A DNA stretch of 32,000 bases, from the NCBI RefSeq assembly GCF_000011465.1, contig NC_005072.1, positions 420,001-452,000 of the forward strand, read 5' to 3'. Positions 1 to 10,038 of the stretch are shown piece by piece. Position numbers and translations under genes: made by a program. Each line of letters begins with the position of its first letter. The first letter of the stretch is position 1. The notes under the pieces are model-generated. The model was given only the letters and a program-made list of their open reading frames with translations, ran no database searches and was not told the origin of the DNA. This DNA is from Prochlorococcus marinus subsp. pastoris str. CCMP1986. GTDB lineage: Bacteria; Cyanobacteriota; Cyanobacteriia; PCC-6307; Cyanobiaceae.

Positions 1-2
1 AA

Positions 3-509
3 ATTATATTCCCACAAAGTCCGAGAATATTAATTTCAATTTCAAAAAGAATTAATGTAAAAAATTCACTTAGCAAACTTAAAGAACAAGCAATGTTATT
101 TGATGATAAAAATTCAATTAATTGGTTAATTAATTCTGACGCTTCTGTTGCGATTATCCCCTTTTCACTATGCGAAAAATATCTGAGAGTTGATTCAAGA
201 CTTTCGATGGTTTTCCCAAATAAGGGTGTTCCTTTAATGTGGAATTTTCTTCTTACTAAATCAAAAATTAATAACATAGTGTTATTTGATTGGATTAAGT
301 CTTTAGAAAAAAGGAGTACTATCGATGAGTTAGCTAATCAAGGATGGTATTTACCTTTTAAAAATGAATATTCTCAGGATAAATACAATATCAAAACTGA
401 AAATAGTAATTATGGTCCATCTGAAAATTGTTGGGAAAATAGTTGGTCTTTTTCATCTCTAAATTATGAAGAGAAGGTAAATCTAGAAAATTTGTGGAAC
501 CAATCATGA
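3..509 (+). CDS. 3' fragment of a periplasmic solute-binding protein (PotD/family-1-like); 5' end lies outside the window
   Basis: I translated the frame by hand. It stays open from nt 3 to the listed ATG at 93, so the gene probably starts upstream of the window. The C-terminal pattern FPNKGVPLMWNF...FDWIKSL...WENSW resembles the PotD-type P-x-G-x-x-x-W-x-D and terminal Trp-rich segment. Product call rests on motif resemblance only. Confidence 0.5.
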   Translation: MIFPQSPRILISISKRINVKNSLSKLKEQAMLFDDKNSINWLINSDASVAIIPFSLCEKYLRVDSRLSMVFPNKGVPLMWNFLLTKSKINNIVLFDWIKSLEKRSTIDELANQGWYLPFKNEYSQDKYNIKTENSNYGPSENCWENSWSFSSLNYEEKVNLENLWNQS

Positions 510-1649
510 ACCCCATAATCTTTTTTTAGGCTTTTCGATTAATAAGTTGTGAGTTTCTTTTAATAAAGCTGGAATATTTAATTTACTAGGACATTTTGGA
601 ATGCATTCATTGCAATCTAAGCAAAAAGAAGCATCTTTTTCTTCCCACCAGTGGCCTGCCCGCCCTATTAAATTATATCTTTCTTTAGCAAATTCTAATT
701 GGCCATACCCAATAGATATATTTCTCAAACGAAGTATCTCTGGAATAGGAATTTCGCTTGGACATGGTAGGCAAGATCTGCATTGCTCACATTTTGAAGA
801 CTTTAACTCCTCGTTTGCAAAATTTTCGATATTTTCTAATGCTCTAATTTCAGAAGATGTTAGTTTTTGAGTTGAGTTTATAAGCTTTTTTGCAATATTA
901 AAATCTTCAAATTTTGTAGCTCCTAAAGATAGAGTCGTGATTCCTTTCGATAGTAAAAATCTATAAGCTAGTTCCAAAGGATGGTATGGTGCAGATGCTT
1001 TTAATAAGGTTTCGCTTGGAGCATATAATCTTCCACCCTTATCAGCAGGTGATATTGCCAATACACCCATTTGCTTTTTTAAAGCTAGTTGGGCAAGGCT
1101 TATTTTTGATTGATCTAAAAAATGTAAATGAAGATTGCAAAAACTAAATACTTCACAGTTAATTGCATTCTCAATCAGTTTATAACTGCCATGTGAACTG
1201 AACCCAACTTGATCAACCAGGCCCTTTTTAATTACCCATTTTAAAAACTTTCCACCCTCTCCATTTAGAACCCAATCTAAATGCTCCTTTAAGTTTATTC
1301 CATGGATTGCAAGATTATTTATTTTCTCTAGCTTTAAATTTTTGAGTGAGTTTTCGAAATTCTCTTTTAAATAATTAAAATCTCCTTTAGGTAATACTTT
1401 GGTAGTAATTATCCATTCTTTCCTAAAAATATTTTCGGAAGTTTCTAATTCCTTTAATGAATCCCCGATCAGTTTTTCAGCATTACCGTAAGCAGCAGCA
1501 GTTTCTAAATGATTAATGCCCGCATCATGAGCACTTTTTATAAGGTAATTCATTTTATCAATATTTTCTGTGGCTCTCATTGTGCCTAAAGTAAATAAAC
1601 TTACATGGCACGCTTTCCCAAATGATCTTTTCTTAGAATGAATTATCAT
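504..1649 (-). CDS. Aldo/keto reductase fused to a C-terminal 4Fe-4S (ferredoxin-like) Cys-cluster domain
   Basis: 381-aa ORF. The N-terminal AKR-like region contains INHLETAAAYGNAE. The C-terminus carries two Cys clusters: CEQCRSCLPCP and CLDCNECIPKCP. Confidence 0.8.
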   Translation of the reverse strand: MIIHSKKRSFGKACHVSLFTLGTMRATENIDKMNYLIKSAHDAGINHLETAAAYGNAEKLIGDSLKELETSENIFRKEWIITTKVLPKGDFNYLKENFENSLKNLKLEKINNLAIHGINLKEHLDWVLNGEGGKFLKWVIKKGLVDQVGFSSHGSYKLIENAINCEVFSFCNLHLHFLDQSKISLAQLALKKQMGVLAISPADKGGRLYAPSETLLKASAPYHPLELAYRFLLSKGITTLSLGATKFEDFNIAKKLINSTQKLTSSEIRALENIENFANEELKSSKCEQCRSCLPCPSEIPIPEILRLRNISIGYGQLEFAKERYNLIGRAGHWWEEKDASFCLDCNECIPKCPSKLNIPALLKETHNLLIEKPKKRLWGS

Positions 1650-1760
1650 CTTTATATGATTAAGACCTACTTAATAACTTTTTAATTTATTTATAGTAGA
1701 AAATGTTTTAAAGTAAATCAAAGTTAATAATAGTTTTTCAAATAATCTTTATTTAAAGTT

Positions 1761-2420
1761 ATGTTTACAGGAATAGTCCAGGCAATAGGAAAACTTAAAA
1801 AAGAAAAAAACTTCTTAATTATTGAAATTCTAGATCAGCCTTTTGATACGCAAATAGGTGATAGTATTGCCGTTGATGGAATTTGTTTAACAGTAAAAGA
1901 GATTTCAAATAATCAATTTAAAGTAGAGGTAAGTGAAGAAACTTTAAAAAAGACTACTTTAGGAGAAAAATCTAATATTAACCAAATAGTTAATTTAGAG
2001 CCGGCTCTCCGTATCTCGGATCGTCTTGGGGGCCATATAGTTAGTGGGCATATTGATGGTTTGGGAAAAGTCGAAAATATAGAAAAACTTGAAAAATCTT
2101 GGCTTTTATCAATTAAGTGGCAAAATAAAAAATTTTCAAAATATATCGTAGATAAGGGAAGCATATGTGTCAACGGCATTAGCCTTACAATTGCAAAATC
2201 TGAAAATGAAGGAGAAATTTTTACGATTGCAATTATTCCACATACATGGGAAAACACTAATCTCAAAAATTTAACAATTGGCGATAGTGTAAATCTTGAA
2301 GGAGATGCATTAATAAAGTACGTTGAAAAACTACTTAAATTTAATAAGAATATAGATTCAGAAAACTTTCCGCAAGAAATCTCCTCAAATTGGCTTAAAG
2401 AGAATGGCTGGAATAAATAA
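1761..2420 (+). CDS. ribE: Riboflavin synthase alpha subunit
   Basis: Starts MFTGIVQAIG. Internally duplicated lumazine-binding halves: GDSIAVDGICLTV and GSICVNGISLTI. Confidence 0.92.
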   Translation: MFTGIVQAIGKLKKEKNFLIIEILDQPFDTQIGDSIAVDGICLTVKEISNNQFKVEVSEETLKKTTLGEKSNINQIVNLEPALRISDRLGGHIVSGHIDGLGKVENIEKLEKSWLLSIKWQNKKFSKYIVDKGSICVNGISLTIAKSENEGEIFTIAIIPHTWENTNLKNLTIGDSVNLEGDALIKYVEKLLKFNKNIDSENFPQEISSNWLKENGWNK

Positions 2421-2425
2421 TATTC

Positions 2426-2779
2426 TTAATTTAATGGAGTAAGGGAGATTATTTTAGAATCTTTTTTTAGATCAATTTTATATTCTTGACCTGGCTCTAA
2501 TCCTAATTTTTTTGTATAGGCATGACCTATCAATAAGTTACCGTTGCCATGAACTTTTGTTTTGAACTCTGCTCGCCTCCCCCTTGAAGATCTGTTCCCA
2601 GCCCTACCAGCGGCACTATTACTTAACTTGTACCCCTTAGCTTCAATAAGTGCTCTATAAAAACTTTTTCTTAAGACTCTTCCACTAGGACCTACATAGC
2701 CGCAGCCTCTTGCTATTTCATCCTCAGATTTATTGCTGAGTAATTTAGATTTTTCTAGAAGTTCTTTTCCTACAAGCAT
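2426..2779 (-). CDS. Cyanobacterial AbrB-family (cyAbrB) transcriptional regulator
   Basis: 117 aa. The AbrB/SpoVT-like swapped-hairpin segment is at the C-terminus (GNLLIGHAYTKKLGLEPGQEYKIDL), which is the arrangement typical of cyAbrB proteins. Confidence 0.75.
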   Translation of the reverse strand: MLVGKELLEKSKLLSNKSEDEIARGCGYVGPSGRVLRKSFYRALIEAKGYKLSNSAAGRAGNRSSRGRRAEFKTKVHGNGNLLIGHAYTKKLGLEPGQEYKIDLKKDSKIISLTPLN

Positions 2780-2876
2780 TATATGAGCTTTTTCTTATTA
2801 TATATTCTTACCAATAATGAGAATTGTGGCAATACAAGTTAATAAAAAATAGATTTTTTGAAGAATAAATTCTTTA

Positions 2877-3479
2877 TTATAAGAGATACAAAATTATAAA
2901 TAAAATAACCCAAATTCCATCTACGAAATGCCAATATAATTCAACAGCTTCTAATGGGAACATATTTTGATTAGTAATTCTTCCTTCCTTTGGTCTTGTT
3001 TGCCAAGAAATAATTAATATCATTAATGTCCCTAAAGTTACATGTAAACCATGAAAGCCTGTTAAGGCATAAAAAGTACTTGCAAATAAATTATCCGTTA
3101 GTCCGAACGGCAAATTAAAATATTCAAATAGTTGACATATTAAAAAAGTAATCCCAAGTAGAGCAGTGACTAGCAACCATTTTTGAGTATCAGAATTTTT
3201 ATTTTTAAGAAGAGCTTTTCCTGCTTTATGAAAAGTCGCGCTACTTACAAGCAATAAAATTGTATTTAATGTAGGTATAGGAAGTTCTAATTCATAAATA
3301 GCCCCATCTGGTAAAGGATTAACTGCTTTATATGTGAGGTAAGCAGCAAAGAAGCCAGCAAAAGTCATCCCATCTGCTATCAAAAAAGTTATTAATCCAA
3401 ACATCCTAAAGTCTTCATGATGTTCACTCGCCTCAATATCATTTTTTTTAATTTCTTTTGAACTGTCTAGGGTTGTCAT
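2877..3479 (-). CDS. ctaE: Cytochrome c oxidase subunit III
   Basis: 200-aa polytopic protein with the GFHGLHVTLG motif. Lies 12 nt downstream of ctaD on the same strand. Confidence 0.9.
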   Translation of the reverse strand: MTTLDSSKEIKKNDIEASEHHEDFRMFGLITFLIADGMTFAGFFAAYLTYKAVNPLPDGAIYELELPIPTLNTILLLVSSATFHKAGKALLKNKNSDTQKWLLVTALLGITFLICQLFEYFNLPFGLTDNLFASTFYALTGFHGLHVTLGTLMILIISWQTRPKEGRITNQNMFPLEAVELYWHFVDGIWVILFIILYLL

Positions 3480-3491
3480 GTTTTTTCTTGA

Positions 3492-5117
3492 TTAATTTTC
3501 TTGAGAAATTGGTTTGCCATAACCATAAGGTTCTTCAACTAAAGGTGCTTCGCCTTCCCAATTTTCAACAGGTGGGGGAGAGGATGTTAACCATTCAGGA
3601 GTTAAAGCATTCCAAGGATTATCCCCAGAATCCTTCCCATTTTTAATACTTAAGAATATATTTACTAAGAATGGGATAGTACTTATAGCCATTAAGAGAG
3701 CTCCTAGGCTACTAATCTGATTAACAAATTGAAATTGTGGATCGTATTCCGCAACTCTTCTAGGCATTCCATTAAGACCAAGCCAATGTTGAGGAGCGAA
3801 GCATAAATTAAAGCCAATAAAAGTTATGGCAAAATGTAGTATCCCCAGTTTTTCGCTCATTAACTTGCCGGTTACCTTTGGGAACCAATGATAAATAGAT
3901 GAGAAGATAATAAAAACAGTCCCTCCATAAACTATGTAATGGAAGTGAGCAACAACGAAATATGTATCATGCACGTGAATATCAAAAGGTACTTGAGCAA
4001 GAGCAACTCCTGTAATACCGCCAAATACAAAATTTATAATAAATCCACATGAGAATAACATTGCACTATTGATAGATATTTTCCCACCCCATAAGGTTGC
4101 AACCCAATTAAAAAATTTAATTCCAGTCGGAACTGCTATAAATGCTGTCGCAATAGTAAAGAATAATCTCATCCAAGGAGGAGTACCACTTGTAAACATA
4201 TGATGAGCCCACACAACTAGACCAAGCACAACTATTCCCATTATTGAAAAAACCATTGTGGTATATCCAAAAAGTGGCTTTCTTGAATGCACTGGAAGAA
4301 TTTCACTTACTAGGCCGAAAGCAGGAAGAACCATTATGTAAACAGCTGGATGAGAATAGAACCAAAATAAATGTTGGTAAACAACTACGTTTCCGCCTAA
4401 AACAGGGTTAAAGAAACCGGTATGAGCAACAATATCAAAGCTAAGTAATATTAATGTTCCAGCTAAAACTGGAGTTGACAAAACTACTAATAAACTTGTG
4501 CCTAACATCGCCCAACAATACATAGGTAATTGCATCAGCTTTAATCCCGGTCGCCTTAATTTGATAATTGTTGCAATGAAATTTATCCCTCCAAAGATAG
4601 AGCTGCCTCCCAGTAATAAAACACTCATTATCCAAATGATTTGTCCTGATTGAGGGGTGGTTATACTCAAAGGTGGATAAGCCGTCCATCCTGCCTGTGC
4701 AGCCCCTTCAACAAAATAACTCGCTACTAACATTAAACCGGAAGGAGGTATCAGCCAAAAAGCTACAGCATTCAATCTTGGGAATGCCATATCTCTAGCT
4801 CCAACGTAAAAAGGAATTAAATAGTTCCCAAATGCACCATTTACTACAGGAACAATCCACAAGAAAATCATTATTGTTCCATGTAATGTTAAAACTTGGT
4901 TATATACATCTCTAGGCATAAAGTCCGACATTGGACTTGCTAATTCAATTCTTATTGCACTCGCCAAAGTTCCTCCAATTAAATAAAAAAGAAACCCGCA
5001 TACAAGATATTGAATACCAATTACTTTATGATCGAGACTAAAACTAAAATATCTAAGCCATCCTTTAGGTTGAAGACTTTTGAGATTAGAATCCTGTGGA
5101 TCAATTGATATCGTCAT
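3492..5117 (-). CDS. ctaD: Cytochrome c oxidase subunit I
   Basis: 541 aa. Heme-copper oxidase motifs WFYSHPAVYIMVLPAFG, AHHMF and HFHYIV. 4-nt ATGA overlap with the ctaC stop. Confidence 0.97.
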   Translation of the reverse strand: MTISIDPQDSNLKSLQPKGWLRYFSFSLDHKVIGIQYLVCGFLFYLIGGTLASAIRIELASPMSDFMPRDVYNQVLTLHGTIMIFLWIVPVVNGAFGNYLIPFYVGARDMAFPRLNAVAFWLIPPSGLMLVASYFVEGAAQAGWTAYPPLSITTPQSGQIIWIMSVLLLGGSSIFGGINFIATIIKLRRPGLKLMQLPMYCWAMLGTSLLVVLSTPVLAGTLILLSFDIVAHTGFFNPVLGGNVVVYQHLFWFYSHPAVYIMVLPAFGLVSEILPVHSRKPLFGYTTMVFSIMGIVVLGLVVWAHHMFTSGTPPWMRLFFTIATAFIAVPTGIKFFNWVATLWGGKISINSAMLFSCGFIINFVFGGITGVALAQVPFDIHVHDTYFVVAHFHYIVYGGTVFIIFSSIYHWFPKVTGKLMSEKLGILHFAITFIGFNLCFAPQHWLGLNGMPRRVAEYDPQFQFVNQISSLGALLMAISTIPFLVNIFLSIKNGKDSGDNPWNALTPEWLTSSPPPVENWEGEAPLVEEPYGYGKPISQEN

Positions 5118-5917
5118 AAGCTAACCTCAGTTTTTGTGTTTTTGTTAAACCAATCTTTGTAGTCAGATTCTTCTTCAACTATTATTGAAGCCCTCATCCC
5201 CCCGTGATAAGGGCCACATAATTCCGCACATATTATTGGATATTTCCCAACTTTAGTAGGAGTGAAATTTAATATCGTAGGTTGGCCAGGAATAATATCT
5301 TGTTTTATTCTGAATTCTGGCACCCAAAAAGCATGAATTACATCTTTTGATTCCATCTTCATAGAAACTTTGCGATCAACTGGAACATGAAGCTCCCCAG
5401 AAATAAATTCCCCTTTCGGATAATTAAATAAAAAGGCAAATTGCATAGCTGAAACTTCAACAGATAAATTATTGCTAGCAACCTCATTATTTGATGCCTG
5501 GCTGATTCCAGCCCATATCTTTTCTGTGTTGGAGGTCATCATTTCATGGCTATGATTTAGTTCTTTCATACCTCCCATTCGATCGTAAATGTTGTAGCTA
5601 TATAAACCTATTATTAAAACAATAATAGATGGGATAATTGTCCATACAATCTCTAGTGTTAAATTACCTTCTAAAGCTATCCCATCTCCATATTGATCTT
5701 TTCTTTTTCTGTATTTAAATAAACTATATATAACGGCTATGGTCATTCCTATGAAAATTATTAATCCAATGATAAAAAGAATTTTAAAAAGCTCATCATA
5801 TATAGGCGCATTTATACTTGCTTCAACAGGAAGTAAGTTAACATTAAATCCGATCCAAAAAGATATACCAAATACAACGGAAATTATAAGTATTAAATAA
5901 AAGTTTTTATTTAACAA
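5114..5917 (-). CDS. ctaC: Cytochrome c oxidase subunit II
   Basis: 267 aa. Two N-terminal TM helices and the CuA site HAFWVPEF...CAELCGPYHGGM. Confidence 0.95.
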   Translation of the reverse strand: MLNKNFYLILIISVVFGISFWIGFNVNLLPVEASINAPIYDELFKILFIIGLIIFIGMTIAVIYSLFKYRKRKDQYGDGIALEGNLTLEIVWTIIPSIIVLIIGLYSYNIYDRMGGMKELNHSHEMMTSNTEKIWAGISQASNNEVASNNLSVEVSAMQFAFLFNYPKGEFISGELHVPVDRKVSMKMESKDVIHAFWVPEFRIKQDIIPGQPTILNFTPTKVGKYPIICAELCGPYHGGMRASIIVEEESDYKDWFNKNTKTEVSL

Positions 5918-6169
5918 TTGAGGAAATAAATCTTATTTATATTTTCAACATATTCAATTTTTTTAATTTTGCATTGTTTGTTAATGGAAAATTATTGAAA
6001 TTCACAACTTCTTAAGATTTTAAAAAAAAAAGAAGTATTATTAACAACTTTTTATAGGTTTATGTCAGGAAAAAAAGATGAAAAAAACAAATAAATTTTA
6101 AAAATAAAACATTTACTTTTAATTAATGTTTGATATTTGAATCTAAATTAATATGCAAAAAGAAGAGCT

Positions 6170-7105
6170 TTGAATAATTTGTTCAAAAACGAAATATATC
6201 AATCAAAATACAAGTCAGTTTTCCTGAAATTGGGAACCCATACCGTTTGGGCCTTAATAGCCTTAATAGTTATTGGAGGCGCTACTAGGGTAATGGAGGC
6301 AGGTCTTGCTTGCCCTGATTGGCCTTTATGTTATGGGACTTTGCTACCTCTTAATCATATGAATTTAAGAGTTTTTCTAGAATGGTTCCATCGTTTGGAT
6401 GCTTTCCTTGTAGGGCTGTTAATTCTTTCTGAATTCATACTTTCAATAGTTTGGAGAAAAGATCTTCCAAATTGGTTACCAAAAACTTATTCATTATTAG
6501 TCTTCTTAGTAATTGTTCAAGGCTCTATTGGGGCATTTACAGTAATTAATTTACTTAATTCCTACTCAGTAACTGCTCATCTTTTGACAGCTTTTTTACT
6601 CCTGATAACAACAATAACTATCAATCAGAATCTAGAAAATAATGGGGTTAATAAATCATTGACTTGGTGGAAGATATTATTATTTCTCCCCCTAATACTC
6701 ACTTTGGTTCAATCTTTTATTGGAGTAAGGCTTTCATCAACTTGGTCTTCACATCTCTGCTTATCTTTTAATAAACAATGTTTAATTTTAGATACTCATA
6801 AATTATTTGCTATCCCAATTTCTATTTCTATTTTATTTATTTTTGCTATCTCAATATATAAACAAGATTTGTTCCAGAATAATTGGAGATACCTTTGCTC
6901 ACTTTTTTTGCTTTTGATTTTCCAAGTTGTTCTAGGAGTATTAAGCCTTAGAACTAATTTAAGTGAACCTCTTTTTGTTATTGGTCATCAACTTAATGCT
7001 TCTTTGTTAATTGCGACCCTAACATCATTGATTTTTAGAAATCCTTACCAAAATAAAAAAATCAATCAACCATTTAATTCAGTAATAGTAGGTTTAAAAT
7101 CATGA
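6170..7105 (+). CDS. ctaA: Heme A synthase (COX15/CtaA family), TTG start
   Basis: Polytopic protein with CPDWPLCYG and WFHRLDA motifs. The frame opens at 6152 after a TAA. It has no in-frame ATG before the conserved core, so TTG at 6170 (or 6179) must be the start. Confidence 0.88.
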   Translation: MNNLFKNEIYQSKYKSVFLKLGTHTVWALIALIVIGGATRVMEAGLACPDWPLCYGTLLPLNHMNLRVFLEWFHRLDAFLVGLLILSEFILSIVWRKDLPNWLPKTYSLLVFLVIVQGSIGAFTVINLLNSYSVTAHLLTAFLLLITTITINQNLENNGVNKSLTWWKILLFLPLILTLVQSFIGVRLSSTWSSHLCLSFNKQCLILDTHKLFAIPISISILFIFAISIYKQDLFQNNWRYLCSLFLLLIFQVVLGVLSLRTNLSEPLFVIGHQLNASLLIATLTSLIFRNPYQNKKINQPFNSVIVGLKS

Positions 7106-8100
7106 AAAGTAATTTAGAAAACTTAAATTTCCAGACTTCAATTCGTGAACAAGTTGTACCTTCAAGAAAAAAAGTAAAACTACCTGCGTGGCTTGAAGTT
7201 GCCAAGCCTAGGTTGATTCCATTATTACTGGCTACAACTTTAGGAGGAATGGCATTAACGGAAGAATGGCCTTTATCCTCTCCTAAGCTTATATGTACAT
7301 TAGGAGGAGGTGCCTTGGCAGCTGCGGCAGCTGGAGCGCTTAATTGTTTGTGGGAAATGGACCTAGATAAGAGGATGAAAAGGACAAGTGATAGAGCTTT
7401 ACCATCAGGTAAATTATCATTTAATACTGTTTTTTTAGGTGCAGTATCTTGTACATTGGCAGCTGCAATGCTTTTGATAAGTGGGGTAAATTATTTAGCT
7501 GCTGGTTTAACATTGTTGGGATTATGTAGTTATGTAATTTTATATACGATAATTCTTAAACCAAGAACAACTCAAAATATTGTTTTTGGTGGTGTTGCAG
7601 GAGCCATACCTCCTTTAGTAGGAGCTTCGGCAGCCACCGGTCATGTAGGACTTAGTGGTTGGTGGTTATTTAGTTTGGTAATGCTTTGGACCCCAGCTCA
7701 TTTTTGGGCTCTTGCAATTTTATTAAAAGATGATTATGCGTCTGTAGGTATACCTATGCTCCCTTCCGTTAAGGGTTCAGAGTTTACCGTCAAAGCTATT
7801 TCTCGCTACGGATGGGCAACTGTTTTTATGAGTATTCTTGGAGTTTTTGCTTTACCTGAGGGAGGAATCCTTTATCTAATAATGCTTTTACCTTTTAATG
7901 GAAGACTTTTACAATTAATAAATAGATTGAAAAGTTCACCAGACGATTTAGAAAAAGCTAAAGGATTATTCAGATGGTCAATACTTTATATGTTTGGTAT
8001 TTGTCTGTTGCTATTGATTTCAAGAACTCAACTTTCTGTGGATTTTGAACATCAGTCTATGCAAATGTTCTTATCATTAAAGGCATACTTTAATTATTAG
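7102..8100 (+). CDS. ctaB: Protoheme IX farnesyltransferase (heme O synthase)
   Basis: UbiA-family motif [23 protein letters not shown]. 4-nt ATGA overlap with the ctaA stop. Confidence 0.93.
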   Translation: MKSNLENLNFQTSIREQVVPSRKKVKLPAWLEVAKPRLIPLLLATTLGGMALTEEWPLSSPKLICTLGGGALAAAAAGALNCLWEMDLDKRMKRTSDRALPSGKLSFNTVFLGAVSCTLAAAMLLISGVNYLAAGLTLLGLCSYVILYTIILKPRTTQNIVFGGVAGAIPPLVGASAATGHVGLSGWWLFSLVMLWTPAHFWALAILLKDDYASVGIPMLPSVKGSEFTVKAISRYGWATVFMSILGVFALPEGGILYLIMLLPFNGRLLQLINRLKSSPDDLEKAKGLFRWSILYMFGICLLLLISRTQLSVDFEHQSMQMFLSLKAYFNY

Positions 8101-8136
8101 ATTGATGTAAAGTATTAGAGGATAAATTTTAGTTTG

Positions 8137-9153
8137 ATGAATTATATACAAATTAAGGATCTTTCAAAATCATATTCTGATATTAAGGCATTAAAAAATT
8201 TATCAATGGAAATTAATGCAGGTACATTATTTGGAATCTTAGGTCCAAATGGTGCAGGTAAGTCTACTCTCATAAAAATACTAGCTACTTTAGTAGAACC
8301 AGATGGTGGTGAGGTTTTTGTAAATAATATCAATTTAATTAAAAATCCAAGAAAAATTAGAGAATTAATTGGTTATGTGGCTCAAGATATTGCTCTCGAT
8401 AAAATCCTTACAGGGCGAGAGTTATTAGATTTTCAGTCGGATTTATATCATATGAATAAAAAGGAAAAATACGAAAGAATAAAATTATTAATAAATCAAT
8501 TAGAGATGAATGATTGGATTGATAGAAAATGCGGAACATATTCAGGAGGAATGAAAAGAAGAATAGATTTGGCTGCAGGCCTTTTACATTTGCCCAAAGT
8601 TTTAATATTAGATGAACCAACGGTAGGTTTGGATATTGAAAGTAGAAATATAATTTGGCAACTTTTGAAAGATTTGAAGAATGATGGCATGACTATTATT
8701 TTGAGTAGTCATTATCTTGATGAAATAGATAAATTAGCCGATAGTTTGGTAATAATTGATGATGGTAAAGTTATAGCTCAAGGAACACCTGCTCAACTTA
8801 AAAATAAATTAGGAGGAGATAGAATAACTTTAAAAGTAAGAGAATTTAGTAATCATGAAGAGTCTAAAAAAATTAGTGAAATTTTATCCTCAATCAATGG
8901 AATCAGCCAGATTATCATAAATAAGGCTCAAGGTTATGCAATTAATTTTGTAGTAGATAAGGAAAAGGATTTGCTCACAAAACTAAAAGTAGAATTAGCT
9001 TTTTCAAAGTTTGAAATTTTTTCTCTTGCTCAAAGTCAACCTAGCTTAGATGATGTATATCTACAGGCGACTGGCAAAACATTATTAGATGCTGAAATTT
9101 CTATGACTGGGAAAAGAGATCTAAAAAAAGAATCGAAGCAATCAATGAGATAA
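8137..9153 (+). CDS. ABC transporter ATP-binding protein, ABC-2/DrrA-NatA type with C-terminal extra domain
   Basis: Walker A GPNGAGKST, signature YSGGMKRR, Walker B LILDEPTVGLD, and about 100 extra C-terminal residues. The track start at 8134 is a TTG; the adjacent ATG at 8137 is preferred. Confidence 0.9.
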   Translation: MNYIQIKDLSKSYSDIKALKNLSMEINAGTLFGILGPNGAGKSTLIKILATLVEPDGGEVFVNNINLIKNPRKIRELIGYVAQDIALDKILTGRELLDFQSDLYHMNKKEKYERIKLLINQLEMNDWIDRKCGTYSGGMKRRIDLAAGLLHLPKVLILDEPTVGLDIESRNIIWQLLKDLKNDGMTIILSSHYLDEIDKLADSLVIIDDGKVIAQGTPAQLKNKLGGDRITLKVREFSNHEESKKISEILSSINGISQIIINKAQGYAINFVVDKEKDLLTKLKVELAFSKFEIFSLAQSQPSLDDVYLQATGKTLLDAEISMTGKRDLKKESKQSMR

Positions 9154-9206
9154 AATAATAAATTTTTTGATAATTAATTATAATAATGATTAAAAGTTCT
9201 TAAATA

Positions 9207-10031
9207 ATGGAATTAAAACAATATAATTTATTTTTTTTATATCAAGAAACTGTTGCTTTAACCAAAAGATTATTTATCCAATTAAAAAGAAGACCTTCTA
9301 CTCTTTTAGCGGGCATATTGCAACCTATAATTTGGCTCTTTTTATTTGGAGCTCTTTTCTCAAAAGCTCCTGAAGGTTTTCTACCAGGAGTTGATTCTTA
9401 TGGGAATTTTTTGGGAGCAGGACTAATTGTTTTTACTGCTTTTAGTGGAGCGTTGAATTCAGGCTTGCCTTTAATGTTTGATAGAGAGTTTGGCTTTTTA
9501 AATAGGTTACTTGTTGCACCTCTAGCGAGTAGATTGTCTATTGTTTTATCCTCATTCTTTTACATAACTATTCTGAGTTTTGTTCAAAGTATTGTGATAA
9601 TGATTGTTTCATTTGTTTTGGGTTATGGATGGCCTGACTTTTATGGGTTAGGAATTGTTTTTACAACATTAATATTATTAGTACTCTTTGTGACATCAAT
9701 AAGCCTCTGTTTGGCTTTTATTTTACCTGGTCATATTGAATTAATTGCTCTTATATTTGTAATAAATTTGCCTCTTCTTTTTGCAAGTACTGCGTTAGCA
9801 CCCATTTCTTTTATGCCAAATTGGTTAGGGTGGCTAGCCTCCTTAAATCCATTAACTTTTGCGATTGAACCTATCAGGATTGCTTATACTCAAACTATCA
9901 ATTTAGATGTGGTAGCTTTACACGCACCATATGGTGACTTAACTTGTAAGAGTTGTATCTCAATTTTATTTTCTCTAACAGTTTTTTCCTTAATTATTAT
10001 AAGACCACTGTTAAATAGAAAATTAAATTAA
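9207..10031 (+). CDS. ABC-2 type transporter permease
   Basis: 274 aa with about 6 predicted TM segments. Lies 53 nt downstream of the ATPase on the same strand. Confidence 0.85.
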   Translation: MELKQYNLFFLYQETVALTKRLFIQLKRRPSTLLAGILQPIIWLFLFGALFSKAPEGFLPGVDSYGNFLGAGLIVFTAFSGALNSGLPLMFDREFGFLNRLLVAPLASRLSIVLSSFFYITILSFVQSIVIMIVSFVLGYGWPDFYGLGIVFTTLILLVLFVTSISLCLAFILPGHIELIALIFVINLPLLFASTALAPISFMPNWLGWLASLNPLTFAIEPIRIAYTQTINLDVVALHAPYGDLTCKSCISILFSLTVFSLIIIRPLLNRKLN

Positions 10032-10038
10032 TAAATTT

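Noticed and set aside
601-870. Track ORFs antisense to or nested within strong genes: 601..870, 1913..2266, 3458..3646, 4441..4689, 8142..8333, 8408..8620, 8496..8690, 11106..11396, 11739..12005, 12108..12353, 13448..13669, 14305..14490, 18726..18944, 20594..20800, 22019..22204, 22799..23032, 23148..23429, 23787..23969, 24195..24455, 24867..25085, 25702..25935, 28279..28476, 29817..30056, 30889..31167.
   Set aside because: Each overlaps a longer ORF carrying unambiguous family motifs, either on the opposite strand or in another frame. Their translations are low-complexity Ser/Phe/Ile/Leu-rich strings typical of off-frame reading of AT-rich genes.
1650-1760. Possible FMN riboswitch upstream of ribE. 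Similarly, a cobalamin riboswitch upstream of cobM at about 18920.
   Set aside because: The ribE leader is only about 110 nt of A/T-rich sequence without the conserved GC-containing FMN aptamer helices. The cobM start overlaps lgt coding sequence, so there is no leader at all.
5918-6169. A 252-nt AT-rich gap between ctaC and ctaA, the largest non-coding stretch in the window. I examined it for a small RNA or micro-ORF; it contains ATGTCAGGAAAAAAAGATGAAAAAAACAAATAA, encoding 10 aa.
   Set aside because: It is best explained as the divergent promoter region for ctaCDE and ctaAB. The micro-ORF is a poly-A/Lys low-complexity string, and no stable stem-loops or conserved-looking motifs are visible. 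Without comparative or expression data, an sRNA call would be a guess.
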